A DNA stretch of 64,000 bases from a virus. Positions 49,657 to 58,903 of the stretch are shown piece by piece (the first letter of the stretch is position 1; each line of letters opens with the position of its first letter). The translations under genes were made by a program, and so were the position numbers. The DNA lies in IMG/VR virus record IMGVR_UViG_3300050196_000225, positions 1-64,000 of that record; one strand, written 5' to 3'. Below the pieces are notes generated by a model. The model saw nothing but the letters and a program-made list of their open reading frames with translations, ran no database searches and was not told where the DNA came from.

Positions 49657-51592
49657 GCTCTGTCGCTCCAGCCGCAGTTGCCAAACCGCCCGACTTGGTG
49701 ACGGTGATGACGTTATCAATCCAGTCAGAGAGTGAGTTGTGGCTGATCACCAGCACGGTGCCTCGCTCCCGAGCCTTGCGCTCCAGCACGCCCATCAGGC
49801 GCTCCAGACCACTCTCGTCAAGGGCATGGTCCACTTCGTCGGCGATGAAGATGTTGATGGGCTTGGTGGCGCGCGAGGCGACCATGTCCTGCAGGGCCAT
49901 TGCGGTGGCCAGGCGCACCTTGCGCTTCTCACCACCCGACAGACCAGCGAAGGATTCGGCGCCCTTGTCGTTCATTACGTCAATGTTGAACTTCTCGCGC
50001 AACTCGCCTTTGGCCGTCTTGCCCAAGGTTGACCACTCGGCGTGGATGTTGCCGTCGGCCAGGGCGCCCAGGTATTCCTGCGTGCGCTCATTCAGGTAAG
50101 GCGTGACGGTGTCCAGGACGTGCGCACGCACGCCGGCTGGGCCAAACACCTTGACGGCGTCTTCCAGCATCAAAACGGCCGCATTGGCTTCCTGGGTCTT
50201 GTCGGTCAGGTTGACCTTGTGCTCGATCGCCTTCTCGTGATCCTTGATCGCCTTGTCCACCATTGCCACATACGGGTTGGGCTCTGTCAGCTTGGTCTTG
50301 GCAGCGGCCTTGATCGACTCGATTTGCGCCTCGCACTGCTTGATGACCAAGCGGTGCCGATCAGCCTGGTTCAGCGCCTCTTGCGCGGTGCGCGCAAACG
50401 CAGCCACTTCGCTCACATCGGGCATCTGATCTTCGAACTCGGTGGCGGCTTCTTGCGCAGCTTTGAGCGTCGCATCCAGCGTCGCTTGCTTGGCAACCAG
50501 CGGGCGCAGAAGGTCTTTCTGCTTTTGGATGGCAGCTTGTCTGACGGCGCGGGCATCGTCCAGGTCGTGCTCGCAGTAGGTCTTGCCGCACTCGCCGCAG
50601 GGTTTACCCACCACGCTGTCAATGTCGGCCAGGGCCTGCGTTGCTTCCTTGAGCACCTTGGCGCCAGCTACCGTCGCTGACTTATTGGCGTCTGCATCGC
50701 GCTGCGCCACCATAGCAAGGCGCCGAAGCTCGGTCAGTTTTTTGACCTCATCATTGTGAGAGCCCAGGGTGACCTTGGCCCGGTCGACCACACCCTGCGC
50801 GCCAGCCGTGTCGATGCCGGCCAGGGTCGCCTCAACAATTTTTTGCTGCGAGGCGACCTTGCCCGCTTCGGCCAACTCGGTGCGGGCGCGGTCTTTGCGG
50901 CCATCCTCAAAGCCCTGCACAGTCTCCTTGAGCCGCAGCACCTCACCGGCCATGTGGCTTTCGGTGTTCTGAGCCGCGACCAGGGACGCCTTGAGACTTT
51001 CGAAGGTGGTCTTGGCGGTGTTCAAGCGCTTGCTGGCGATGCTGTAGGCAGCCGTGAGCACCTCGACGCCCGCAGCTTCCTCGATCAGGGTCTTGAGCAC
51101 CTTGTCGGTCATGCCTGGCAGATCGGGCATGCGCTCCTGGCCAGCGTAGACGGCGGCCATGAACACGTCCAGACTGCAGCCAATGATGCTCTCCACCACC
51201 TTCTGCGTCTCGTCGTCCGTGCCCTTGCTCATGTCAACAGCCAGCGCGCCTGGCGTCACCTTCGTGACATGCAGAGCGTTTTTGTGCGTGGCGTGCTTGC
51301 GGTGACGGGCGATCAGGTAGTGATCAGCGCCATCGATGATCGTGACGCGCACGTCGCAGTTCTTTTTGGCCGTCTTGTTGACCACCGCATCGCCTTTGAC
51401 GCCACGTGCCGTCACGCCATAGAGCGCCCAGCACAGCGCATCAACAATGGACGACTTGCCGGCGCCGTTGGATTCGGCAGATGGGTCGTCGCCATTGACG
51501 CCCTGGATCAGCAGCAGACCGCGCTCGTCAAGCTCGATCTTGGCCTTACCGATAGTCAAAAAGTTTTCAATTTCCAGTTCTTTGAAGTTCAT
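49643..51592 (-). CDS. SbcC/Rad50/gp46-type recombination ATPase
   Basis: 649 aa. Walker A NGAGKSS, long coiled coil with a central CGECGKTYC hook, signature LSGGEKRKV and Walker B IFIADEVDHALD. Confidence 0.85.
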   Translation of the reverse strand: MNFKELEIENFLTIGKAKIELDERGLLLIQGVNGDDPSAESNGAGKSSIVDALCWALYGVTARGVKGDAVVNKTAKKNCDVRVTIIDGADHYLIARHRKHATHKNALHVTKVTPGALAVDMSKGTDDETQKVVESIIGCSLDVFMAAVYAGQERMPDLPGMTDKVLKTLIEEAAGVEVLTAAYSIASKRLNTAKTTFESLKASLVAAQNTESHMAGEVLRLKETVQGFEDGRKDRARTELAEAGKVASQQKIVEATLAGIDTAGAQGVVDRAKVTLGSHNDEVKKLTELRRLAMVAQRDADANKSATVAGAKVLKEATQALADIDSVVGKPCGECGKTYCEHDLDDARAVRQAAIQKQKDLLRPLVAKQATLDATLKAAQEAATEFEDQMPDVSEVAAFARTAQEALNQADRHRLVIKQCEAQIESIKAAAKTKLTEPNPYVAMVDKAIKDHEKAIEHKVNLTDKTQEANAAVLMLEDAVKVFGPAGVRAHVLDTVTPYLNERTQEYLGALADGNIHAEWSTLGKTAKGELREKFNIDVMNDKGAESFAGLSGGEKRKVRLATAMALQDMVASRATKPINIFIADEVDHALDESGLERLMGVLERKARERGTVLVISHNSLSDWIDNVITVTKSGGLATAAGATEHGHF

Positions 51593-51849
51593 CAGCAGTC
51601 TCCATCCCAGCCTGTTTCAGGCATGGACAAGTCGTAGTAGAGGCCCAGCGTCTCGTAGGAGAAGTCGCCAAGCTCGGTGCCGTCGCCTGGGTATTGCGAA
51701 GGGTGGCCGTTCAGTCGCGGGAAGCCACCGTTCGTCGCATTGCGAATGAAAATGCAACGGTCTTTGACCCATACGCTCAGCCGCGTGCCGTCGCCATAGA
51801 AGTGGTCGGCCAGCTTGCGCGCGCCGGCTGGCAAATCACGCGCGCTCAT
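51592..51849 (-). CDS. hypothetical protein
   Basis: 85-aa ORF between the sbcD-like and sbcC-like genes. TGATG overlap. Confidence 0.5.
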   Translation of the reverse strand: MSARDLPAGARKLADHFYGDGTRLSVWVKDRCIFIRNATNGGFPRLNGHPSQYPGDGTELGDFSYETLGLYYDLSMPETGWDGDC

Positions 51850-51877
51850 CAGTCCTCTCCTTTGGAAATCTGCTTGC

Positions 51878-52948
51878 TCATACCGTCACCGCCTGTGCTT
51901 CGCTGAGAATGTCCTGGCACAAGGTGGCCAGGTCTTCGGGTCGGCGCATCGCCTGCGCCTTGATGTAGCTGCCCACACTGGCTTCGAGCGTTTCGCCCGA
52001 CTTGACCAGGGCAGTGCCTGCGCGCGGGGTGGCTGCGGCCGTCTTGTGGTGCAAGATCGTGACGCCCGCCGCACCGCAGTCGGTCAGGTAGGCGCGCAGA
52101 TCCTCGACGTCCTTCTGGTTGGACGAGCTAATCTTGGCGCGAGCGTAGTTCCCATCCACGATCAGCGGGATGTCCGCAGGGTCGGTGCTGGCGTCGATTT
52201 CAACGAAGGCCGGCGCGTGGCTCTTGAACCAGCGCACATTGCTGTCCGTGACAACCAGGAAGCCAGCCTTGCTGTTCACGTCGCTCCAGCTGTGGTGCGA
52301 CAGGGCGCCAACTGAGTAGACGCCGTTGCCGAAGTCCTTGTGGTGGTGGTAGTGGCCCGAGAAGACGCGCTTGAAGCCAATACTGCCCAGCCAGGCCGCA
52401 TCAAGCCCGTGATCTGGCAGGCCTGGAATCACCCCGTCAATCGGGGCGTGAATCATCAGGTCCACGTCGCCCGGCTTGGACTCCGAATCTCGGGCTGTCT
52501 CGATCTCCCGCTTCAACTGAGCGATGTCCTGAATCCACGGGATCATGATCACCCGATCGCCAGCGTCTCGCAGCCCTTGCATGGCTGTGTGGATGACCCT
52601 GCAGCCAATGTCTTCAAGCGAGGTCACCGCGCTGCCCAAACGCGTGGACTCTTTGCTTTCAAGATCATGGTTGCCTGGCAGCAGCACGATCTCAAAGCCA
52701 TCCATGATGAGCTTCTTGTAGAGGTCCTTCGTCGGGTTGAGGACCGATGGCGCGATCGAGCCACGCACATGGAACAGGTCGCCCGTGTGATAGATCGTCT
52801 TGCCGCCAGCTGCCCGGACCTCCTGTGCGCAACGCTCGGTTTCGTCCAGAATGGTCTGCAGGCGCGAGTTCACGCCGTTGGCGTTCACCGTGGCGAACGC
52901 AGACCACGCATGGTTGTGGGTGTCCGAAATGATGCCGTAAGGTTTCAT
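51878..52948 (-). CDS. SbcD/Mre11/gp47-type nuclease
   Basis: 356 aa from ATG 52948 (AAAGGAGAAGG RBS). Phosphoesterase motifs ISDTHNH, HTGDLFH, LPGNHD and SGHYHHH. Confidence 0.85.
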   Translation of the reverse strand: MKPYGIISDTHNHAWSAFATVNANGVNSRLQTILDETERCAQEVRAAGGKTIYHTGDLFHVRGSIAPSVLNPTKDLYKKLIMDGFEIVLLPGNHDLESKESTRLGSAVTSLEDIGCRVIHTAMQGLRDAGDRVIMIPWIQDIAQLKREIETARDSESKPGDVDLMIHAPIDGVIPGLPDHGLDAAWLGSIGFKRVFSGHYHHHKDFGNGVYSVGALSHHSWSDVNSKAGFLVVTDSNVRWFKSHAPAFVEIDASTDPADIPLIVDGNYARAKISSSNQKDVEDLRAYLTDCGAAGVTILHHKTAAATPRAGTALVKSGETLEASVGSYIKAQAMRRPEDLATLCQDILSEAQAVTV

Positions 52949-52961
52949 GCCTTCTCCTTTA

Positions 52962-52976
52962 TTCAGTCGTGACTTA
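52962..52976 (-). promoter_or_regulatory. Palindrome-family copy next to the RBS
   Basis: The minus strand reads TAAGTCAcgacTGAATAAAGGAGAAGGCATG. Confidence 0.4.
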
Positions 52977-53396
52977 TCACGAGACGTAAAATTTATGGCG
53001 CCCAATGGTGGACACCAACTTCATGCTGTGACGCCAGACCGGGCGAACAGTCTTGACGTGATAGAACTTGGCCCCGCCCACAAAGTAGTCGGGTTCGGAC
53101 TTGCGCGCGAGGGTGACCACAGCAACGCGCCAGGCCGTGTTCCAAGCCTTCTCGTCTTTGGGCTGGCCCTTGACCGTCAGCGCGTAACCGGCGCTCGTCT
53201 TGCGAACCATGCCAAAGCCGGGATTGACCCAGGAGAACTGTTTGGGCTTGGTGACCACTTCACAGACCTTGCGCGGATCACGCTCGGCCCTGTTCAGCGT
53301 CACTTGCGCCACAGCATGCTGGCCGACGATGGGCTCGCCGCGGGCCTCCATATAGACATTCATGGCCATGCACATGATGGCGGTGGTCATCAGCAT
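52977..53396 (-). CDS. SleB-type cell-wall hydrolase
   Basis: 139 aa. NVYMEARGEPIVGQHAVAQVTLNRA...KPKQFSW matches the Hydrolase_2 (SleB) core. Confidence 0.6.
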   Translation of the reverse strand: MLMTTAIMCMAMNVYMEARGEPIVGQHAVAQVTLNRAERDPRKVCEVVTKPKQFSWVNPGFGMVRKTSAGYALTVKGQPKDEKAWNTAWRVAVVTLARKSEPDYFVGGAKFYHVKTVRPVWRHSMKLVSTIGRHKFYVS

Positions 53397-53626
53397 GGGA
53401 TCACCACCCCGGCGCGCTTAATCTGACAGACCCAGTTTTGTGCCGAGCGGTTGTCGCTTGGCGTCAGGGGCACCGTCACGGTCTTGTTGGCCGCCACGTT
53501 TACCAGCTTCAGATGGCGGTTGCGAGACTTGATCTCCCACCCGTCATCCAGCAGTAGCTTGACCACCTTTAGGACTAGTTCACTCTTGATCGTCTTGGAC
53601 AGGTTCATGTGTTGCTTGTTGCTCAT
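53390..53626 (-). CDS. hypothetical protein (faint HicA-like resemblance)
   Basis: 78 aa. LLLDDGWEIKSRNRHLKLV...TVPLTPSD is only weakly HicA-like. Confidence 0.45.
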   Translation of the reverse strand: MSNKQHMNLSKTIKSELVLKVVKLLLDDGWEIKSRNRHLKLVNVAANKTVTVPLTPSDNRSAQNWVCQIKRAGVVIPC

Positions 53627-53655
53627 GTTGCGTTCAAGGTTAGATTGTAAGGTGC

Positions 53656-53672
53656 TAAGTCAGGAGTGACTA
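53656..53672 (-). promoter_or_regulatory. Palindrome-family element
   Basis: Plus strand taagtcaggagtgacta. The minus strand reads TAGTCActccTGACTTAgcacc. 30 nt upstream of ATG 53626. Confidence 0.5.
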
Positions 53673-54062
53673 CCGCAACTTCATCGCCTTCGCAATACTG
53701 CCGCTGCTGATCGATGTGTTCACGAGGAACTTGTCTCGCCCGAGTCTACGTTGCGGCGTAGTGCCTTCGGGGTGTGGCTCGCTTGGCGGGCTCCAAAAGT
53801 CCTGCAGCCTCGTAATATAGTAGTGGACGTTTTTGCCAACACGGTGGGCAACCCCTATTGCAGTAGCGCCTCTTCTTTCAGCTTCCCGCAGTGTTGCGAT
53901 GTCCAAACACCAGGCGTTCTTGCGAAAGAACAGCGATCTGGACTTTTCGCCCGAGCGCCACGCCAGGTAGAGGCACCTGCCGTCATCAAAGTGGTAGAAC
54001 ATGCCATATTTCTTGCCGTTGACGGAGTGAGGAACGCGCGTGATGCTCACCACGATCCCCAC
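53670..54062 (-). CDS. hypothetical protein
   Basis: 130-aa ORF. Confidence 0.55.
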   Translation of the reverse strand: MGIVVSITRVPHSVNGKKYGMFYHFDDGRCLYLAWRSGEKSRSLFFRKNAWCLDIATLREAERRGATAIGVAHRVGKNVHYYITRLQDFWSPPSEPHPEGTTPQRRLGRDKFLVNTSISSGSIAKAMKLR

Positions 54063-54376
54063 TCCCCGACATAAGCCAACATGCGGCGCGCGTCAACCTC
54101 GTCAATTACGGCGAGTTTGGCAACATTGCCCTTGATGACTTCTTCCATATTAACTTTTTCGACATTCCAGGACTTGAACTTCTTTTGAAGCGTCCTGCTG
54201 TTTGCAATGGCGTTGTCCAGAAAGTCATGGACATCTTTTTTGAACATGCCTGACTGGCCGGCATCTTTTCGAGATTGGCGCAGCCAGCAGCCGTAAGATG
54301 GGTCTGCGCCAAGAACAGACCTCACCACTTTCATTTTGTGCTGCCCGAACGGGAAGGTATCGTCTAATCCAATCAT
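54047..54376 (-). CDS. DUF3820-like protein (ends ...EWGSW)
   Basis: 109 aa. N-terminal FPFGQHKMKVVRSVLGADPSYGCWL resembles the FPFGKHKG...Y..W motif. Confidence 0.45.
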   Translation of the reverse strand: MIGLDDTFPFGQHKMKVVRSVLGADPSYGCWLRQSRKDAGQSGMFKKDVHDFLDNAIANSRTLQKKFKSWNVEKVNMEEVIKGNVAKLAVIDEVDARRMLAYVGEWGSW

Positions 54377-54723
54377 TCAATTCTCTTGAGGTAAATCACT
54401 GCCGTCTTCTTCGTCACGGTGGCAATGTGAGGCCCATAGATCTTGCACAGCAAGGCATAGAGCCTGGCGTGCGCGTCGGCTGGATCGTTCGCGATTTCAG
54501 TGTGGTTCTTGGCCCCGTGGATCAAACACATCTCGCCAAGCGGCCCCACCTCGACGCTTTGAACTTGCGCCCGACCAATAATCATTTTCGCTTTTTCATC
54601 CAGGAGATAAACCTCTTCACCAGGATTCAAGCATTTGGGATAGAAACCGCCAAGACGAAAGGTATTGAACTCGCTCTCGATGCCGACAACCGGCGGAATA
54701 AAGCCAATGACTCGCTTTTGCAT
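54373..54723 (-). CDS. possible ASCH/PUA-like domain protein
   Basis: 116 aa. The beta-rich pattern with GEEVYLLDEKAKMIIGRAQV is a weak call. Confidence 0.35.
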   Translation of the reverse strand: MQKRVIGFIPPVVGIESEFNTFRLGGFYPKCLNPGEEVYLLDEKAKMIIGRAQVQSVEVGPLGEMCLIHGAKNHTEIANDPADAHARLYALLCKIYGPHIATVTKKTAVIYLKRIE

Positions 54724-54766
54724 AATTTGCCCCTACACGTTAAAACTAAAGTGTAGGGGCAAATGC

Positions 54767-55789
54767 TTAGACTGGAGCAGTTGGCAGCAAGGCGACCAGT
54801 TGGTCGTAGGCTTTTTCCTGGGTGAGTTTTTCAGCCAGGGCTTTGACGAAATACTGCTTGCCGTCAGTCCACTTCACGCGCGGCTTGGAATACTCAATCA
54901 ACTTGTTGTCGATCAGGTATTGGAGCAAGCTGGTGACCGTATCAAACAGTGCCGCGCCATTCTCGTCAAACGACATGCGCAGGCTTGTTTCCTGGAACGG
55001 CTTGGTGAACTTGGACTTGGTGCATTGGATGGAGATGTTTTGGCCGACAAACTCTTTCTCGCCATCCACCAGGTCCATGATCTTCTGACGGCCCAGGGCC
55101 AGACGGGCAGAAGCGTAGAACTCCATTGCCTTGCCGCCTGGCGTTGTGCGCGGGTCACCATAGACCACACCGGGCTTCAGGCGCATCTGGTTGAGGTAGA
55201 GGAACGTGGCGTTCGACTCCTCGCAGTAGTGCGCCATCGACTTGAGCGTGGTGCTGGTCACGCGAGCCAGGGCCGTGGTGTCGTTCATGGACAGCTCATC
55301 CAGCTCCTTGTCAGCCACCGACTTTGGCAAGGCCGCCGCGATCGAGTCGAACACGAACAGGATGGGCGCGTCTTCCGAGATCACCTTGGAGGCACGCACG
55401 GCGCGCGCCGCTTTGGCCGCGATCATGTTGCCCTCTTCCCAGGTCTTCGGCTTGGCGTAGATCCAGTAAGGGCGATCCGTGCGCAGGCCAAAGCCTTCGG
55501 CCAGGTGGACGTCAAAGCTGCGCTCCCAGTCCATGAAGCCGGCCACGCCACCCATGCGCTGCGCCTTGACCATCCAGGCGGTGGCCAGGGCCGTCTTACC
55601 TGTGGACGACTCACCGAACATCTCCACCATGCGCCCAAAGGGCAGGCCGCCGTCGTAGCGGCCGGACATGATCTTGTTGAGAGGCGGGTAGCCGGTGTCA
55701 ATGAACTGCGTGACGGCCTGGGCGCCGTGGTTGTCACCGATCGCCTTGAGCAAGGTGTCGGCCAAATCTGCTGCTGATGCCATGATCAA
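54767..55789 (-). CDS. RecA/UvsX-family recombinase
   Basis: 340 aa. Walker A FGESSTGKTALA, Walker B LFVFDSIAA and the LNQMR loop. Confidence 0.8.
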   Translation of the reverse strand: MIMASAADLADTLLKAIGDNHGAQAVTQFIDTGYPPLNKIMSGRYDGGLPFGRMVEMFGESSTGKTALATAWMVKAQRMGGVAGFMDWERSFDVHLAEGFGLRTDRPYWIYAKPKTWEEGNMIAAKAARAVRASKVISEDAPILFVFDSIAAALPKSVADKELDELSMNDTTALARVTSTTLKSMAHYCEESNATFLYLNQMRLKPGVVYGDPRTTPGGKAMEFYASARLALGRQKIMDLVDGEKEFVGQNISIQCTKSKFTKPFQETSLRMSFDENGAALFDTVTSLLQYLIDNKLIEYSKPRVKWTDGKQYFVKALAEKLTQEKAYDQLVALLPTAPV

Positions 55790-55995
55790 CTGCCTTTCTT
55801 GATTTCAGTGAGTTGGACTTCAACTACCTCGTATTCGTCAGGCTTGTGAAGCGTCTTGCGACGCCCGTCTGCCTTGCCAAAAGAGGTGAAGAGGTGCGGT
55901 GCGCCGCGCTGCGTTCCCGCTGGCGAGTTGGGGCGCTGCGATTCGATGTCTCGGACGAAAAAGTAAGATGCGTCAGTGGTGACTGATCCACTCAT
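55786..55995 (-). CDS. hypothetical small protein (69 aa)
   Basis: From ATG 55995 (ATGA overlap with the FEN stop). ATGA overlap with the recA-like start. Confidence 0.45.
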   Translation of the reverse strand: MSGSVTTDASYFFVRDIESQRPNSPAGTQRGAPHLFTSFGKADGRRKTLHKPDEYEVVEVQLTEIKKGS

Positions 55996-56918
55996 GCGGC
56001 CTCCTTGAAGCGGTTGGCGAAGCTCTCGACGTTGCGCAAGATGGACACAAAGCCAAGCTCGGCGCACAGGTCGGCAAACGCCTCTGGGTCGTGCCGACCG
56101 GCGTCGATGCGCACATCGGTCTTTGCGGGCGCGGCCACTTTGAGCAGCTGCATCAGGCGCAAGTTGCGCCCAAACACTGCCCGACCTTCGGCGCTGCACA
56201 AGCGCAGATGTGCTTTCTTGGCTGGCTTGAAGTCGTCGCTATCGCAGCGCTGCCAGAACTTGCGCACGCTGCCGAACTCGGCGATGAACTCTGGTGCGCC
56301 TTTTTCGCCAATGCCGCCCACACCAGGAATGCAGTCGGAGCTGTCGCCCTGCAGTGCCTTACCTTCGAGGTAGGCGTAGGGCGTTGGAAAGCCTGTCGCG
56401 TCCATCAGCGTGTCGATGGTCACCACCCGCGAGTCATCCCGAGGGTCGTGCCAACTCACACCTGGCCGCACAAGCTGAATCCAGTCGCGATCGCCCGTCA
56501 TCAGCTTGATCAGGTGCTTTGGCGTTGCGAGCCCAGCGTTTTGCTGCGTGAGCTTTTCGACAAAGTAGCCAGCCATGTCGTCAGCCTCATGGTGCATGGC
56601 AGTGAGCTGACGCACGCCCAGGGTGTTCAAGGCCCGAGCAATGAGAGGACGTTGAGCCACATAGGCCTCTTTGTCCTTGACCTTCTTGGGGTCGTTGTCG
56701 CGGTTGGATTTGTAGTCGGGGTGCAGGTCATAGCGCCACTGCGCTTTGCCGTCCCACAACACCATGAGACGCCAGTCAGGATTGTCCTGACGCAGCTGAC
56801 GCATGGTTTTGATGAAGCCGAAAATTGCCTGGGTCTGCATGCCGCCCGAGGTCAGCTTCGTGGCGTGGTGCGCGGCGTGCCCAATGGCATTGCCGTCCAC
56901 GATCAGTGTCTTGCTCAT
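55992..56918 (-). CDS. 5'-3' exonuclease / flap endonuclease
   Basis: 308 aa. LIVDGNAIGH, TGDRDWIQL and the H3TH motif IPGVGGIGEKGA. Confidence 0.9.
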   Translation of the reverse strand: MSKTLIVDGNAIGHAAHHATKLTSGGMQTQAIFGFIKTMRQLRQDNPDWRLMVLWDGKAQWRYDLHPDYKSNRDNDPKKVKDKEAYVAQRPLIARALNTLGVRQLTAMHHEADDMAGYFVEKLTQQNAGLATPKHLIKLMTGDRDWIQLVRPGVSWHDPRDDSRVVTIDTLMDATGFPTPYAYLEGKALQGDSSDCIPGVGGIGEKGAPEFIAEFGSVRKFWQRCDSDDFKPAKKAHLRLCSAEGRAVFGRNLRLMQLLKVAAPAKTDVRIDAGRHDPEAFADLCAELGFVSILRNVESFANRFKEAA

Positions 56919-56935
56919 GATGAGTCTCCATGATT

Positions 56936-56957
56936 GAGAAACCCCCTTTCGGGGGCC
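56936..56957 (-). terminator. Rho-independent terminator after the SSB gene
   Basis: The minus strand reads GGCCCCC-gaaa-GGGGG-TTTCT. Confidence 0.6.
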
Positions 56958-56978
56958 TCTCGTTTCAGTTCAACCCGA

Positions 56979-57800
56979 TCAGTCGGTGCCAGTGCCCAGA
57001 TCACCCAGCAGGTCGTCCAGCTCGTCATCGAGGGCAACGTCAGCAGCAACCGGCTTGGCCGCGGCCGCAGCACGGCGTGCGTGGGCCAGGTCGTCGTCGG
57101 CAGCGGCGTCAGCCGGCGTCTTGGGGCGGTCAGCGGAGGGCGGAGGAGGCAGCAGACCAGCAACGGAGTTGATGGCCGTCAGCGCCCGGCGCTGCTGCTC
57201 TTCGCTTTCCTGCTTGACGTAGTCGTCCAGGTTGTTGATCTTGGCCATCACGCCCTTGGGCAGAACGTGCTTCTTGGCGCTGATCTGGACCGAATACTTC
57301 GTGCCCAGGCCCTTGCCGTCGCGCTTGATCACCAGGATCATGGGCTCGACCGGATCGAACATCGCAGCGCCCCAGTCTTCCATCAGGTCCACAATTTGCG
57401 TGTAGACCGACTTGCGCACTTCGAGGATCTGCGGGGTGTCCGCTTCGGACGTGTCCAGGGCCAGAACGTTGAACAAGTAGGACTGACCAGAGGCAGCTTC
57501 CTTGAGCAAGGCCTTCGTCTCGTCATCGACCGAATGCATGGCTTTGGCCAGGCCGTCGCACACGGGGCACTGGTGGCCATAGGTCTTGTCCAGGCAGGGG
57601 TAGACAGCCTGAATTTCGCCAGCGGCATTCTTGATGTAGTGCTGACCGAAGTCGTGCCACCAGATGTGCTCGCTGCCCTTGGCCCAACCGGGCAGAAGAA
57701 CGTAGCGACTGTCGCCAGGAGCAGGCTTGAGCGTCTTGGCCTTTTGCTTCAGGGCGCTCTTCTTGTCCTTCATCGCTTGCATGAGTTTGTTGATGTCCAT
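56979..57800 (-). CDS. gp32-like ssDNA-binding protein
   Basis: 273 aa. Cys/His cluster YGHQCPVCDG, an Ala-rich linker and the acidic tail DDELDDLLGDLGTGTD. It sits in the recombination/replication block. Confidence 0.6.
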   Translation of the reverse strand: MDINKLMQAMKDKKSALKQKAKTLKPAPGDSRYVLLPGWAKGSEHIWWHDFGQHYIKNAAGEIQAVYPCLDKTYGHQCPVCDGLAKAMHSVDDETKALLKEAASGQSYLFNVLALDTSEADTPQILEVRKSVYTQIVDLMEDWGAAMFDPVEPMILVIKRDGKGLGTKYSVQISAKKHVLPKGVMAKINNLDDYVKQESEEQQRRALTAINSVAGLLPPPPSADRPKTPADAAADDDLAHARRAAAAAKPVAADVALDDELDDLLGDLGTGTD

Positions 57801-57880
57801 TTGTTTCTTTCGTTTGGTTGAGGTTTGAGCCTTTGGACTTGGCCGGGACTATCCCGGTTACATCGGTTCAGCTTCTTCAG

Positions 57881-57919
57881 TATAGTCATCCGTGACTTAG
57901 TAAAATGGTCACGGATGAG
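57881..57919 (-). promoter_or_regulatory. Palindrome+TATACT element within an 11-bp-stem hairpin
   Basis: tatagtcatccgtgactta, plus tcatccgtgac-N11-gtcacggatga. The minus strand reads CTAAGTCAcggaTGACTATACTgaag. Confidence 0.55.
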
Positions 57920-57924
57920 GCTAT

Positions 57925-58860
57925 TTATGCGGCGCGGCGGGCTCCAGACAGCGCAGCGCGGCCAGCGGCAGCGGCAGCGGCGGCGGTAGAGTCGCGCTCG
58001 TTCTGGGCGGCCATGACGCGGGCCTGGCCCTTATATTCGTCGCGGCGATCGGCGCCAAGCTGGATGATCATGTCCCGGCGATCCTTCAGGGATTCGACCA
58101 TGCTCTTGTTGATGGCGGCAATGGACTCGGACTCGATGACCAAGTTCTTGGCGCGCAGCCAGCGGGAGTCGACCTTGACGGCGTTTTCCACCATCTTCTC
58201 GGTGACCTTCTCGCCACTGGCGACCAGGCCCTTGCGGTGCTCGTCATAGAGCTTGGCTTCGATGACTTCAAACTTGGACTTCATGCGCGAGGCTTGCGCT
58301 TCGGCTTGAGCGGCCTGTGCGCCATAGAAGGCGCGCAAGCCGTTTTGCTCGATCATGCAAGAGTCCAGCGTGGCTTCGCTGACTTTGGTGTCGCGCATGA
58401 ACTGGTTCACGTCCACATAGTGCTGGAGCGTGCCGATGCTCGACGACGCCACGGGCGGGGGCTCATAGACGGCCGTGCTGACGCTGACGCGCCTGGGCTT
58501 TGGCTCGGGCTCAGGTTCAGGCTGCGACTCTTCCCACGGCGCAGCGGCTACAGGCTCGGGCGCAGTTTCTTCCGGCTCGGCCGCTGCTTCGGCTTCAAGC
58601 TCGGCCAGATCTGCCTCAAGCTGATCTGTCGTGTCGGCTTCAGCGACAGCAACAGGCTGCGGCACTGACAGTTCATCAGGAACCGCCGCGACAGGCTCAG
58701 GTTCAGGTTCAGGCTCAGGTTCCATTGCCGCAATTTGCGCAGCCGAAGGCTGTGACGCAGGCTCATCTTGAGCAACTTGAGCCGTAAGGCCAGCTGTTTG
58801 AGCCTCAAGCTCAGCCATGAGCAGTTCAATTTCTTCATTGGACGTGTCGATGTCAGTCAT
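57925..58860 (-). CDS. acidic (EP)n-repeat protein with a UvsY-like C-terminal half (tentative)
   Basis: 311 aa. The N-terminal half is acidic with PEPEPEPEP blocks. The C-terminal roughly 150 aa show a spacing pattern similar to T4 UvsY, and the gene lies between the SSB and DnaE genes. Confidence 0.4.
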   Translation of the reverse strand: MTDIDTSNEEIELLMAELEAQTAGLTAQVAQDEPASQPSAAQIAAMEPEPEPEPEPVAAVPDELSVPQPVAVAEADTTDQLEADLAELEAEAAAEPEETAPEPVAAAPWEESQPEPEPEPKPRRVSVSTAVYEPPPVASSSIGTLQHYVDVNQFMRDTKVSEATLDSCMIEQNGLRAFYGAQAAQAEAQASRMKSKFEVIEAKLYDEHRKGLVASGEKVTEKMVENAVKVDSRWLRAKNLVIESESIAAINKSMVESLKDRRDMIIQLGADRRDEYKGQARVMAAQNERDSTAAAAAAAGRAALSGARRAA

Positions 58861-58903
58861 GTGGATTCTCCAATTTGTCGCAACATCTGCGAAACGTGGT
58901 AAG

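Noticed and set aside
53390-53626. HicA-type toxin call for the 78-aa protein
   Set aside because: Only a loose similarity in length and pattern (DDGWEIKSRNRHLKL). The catalytic His context is not convincing and there is no HicB-like partner. It is left as hypothetical.
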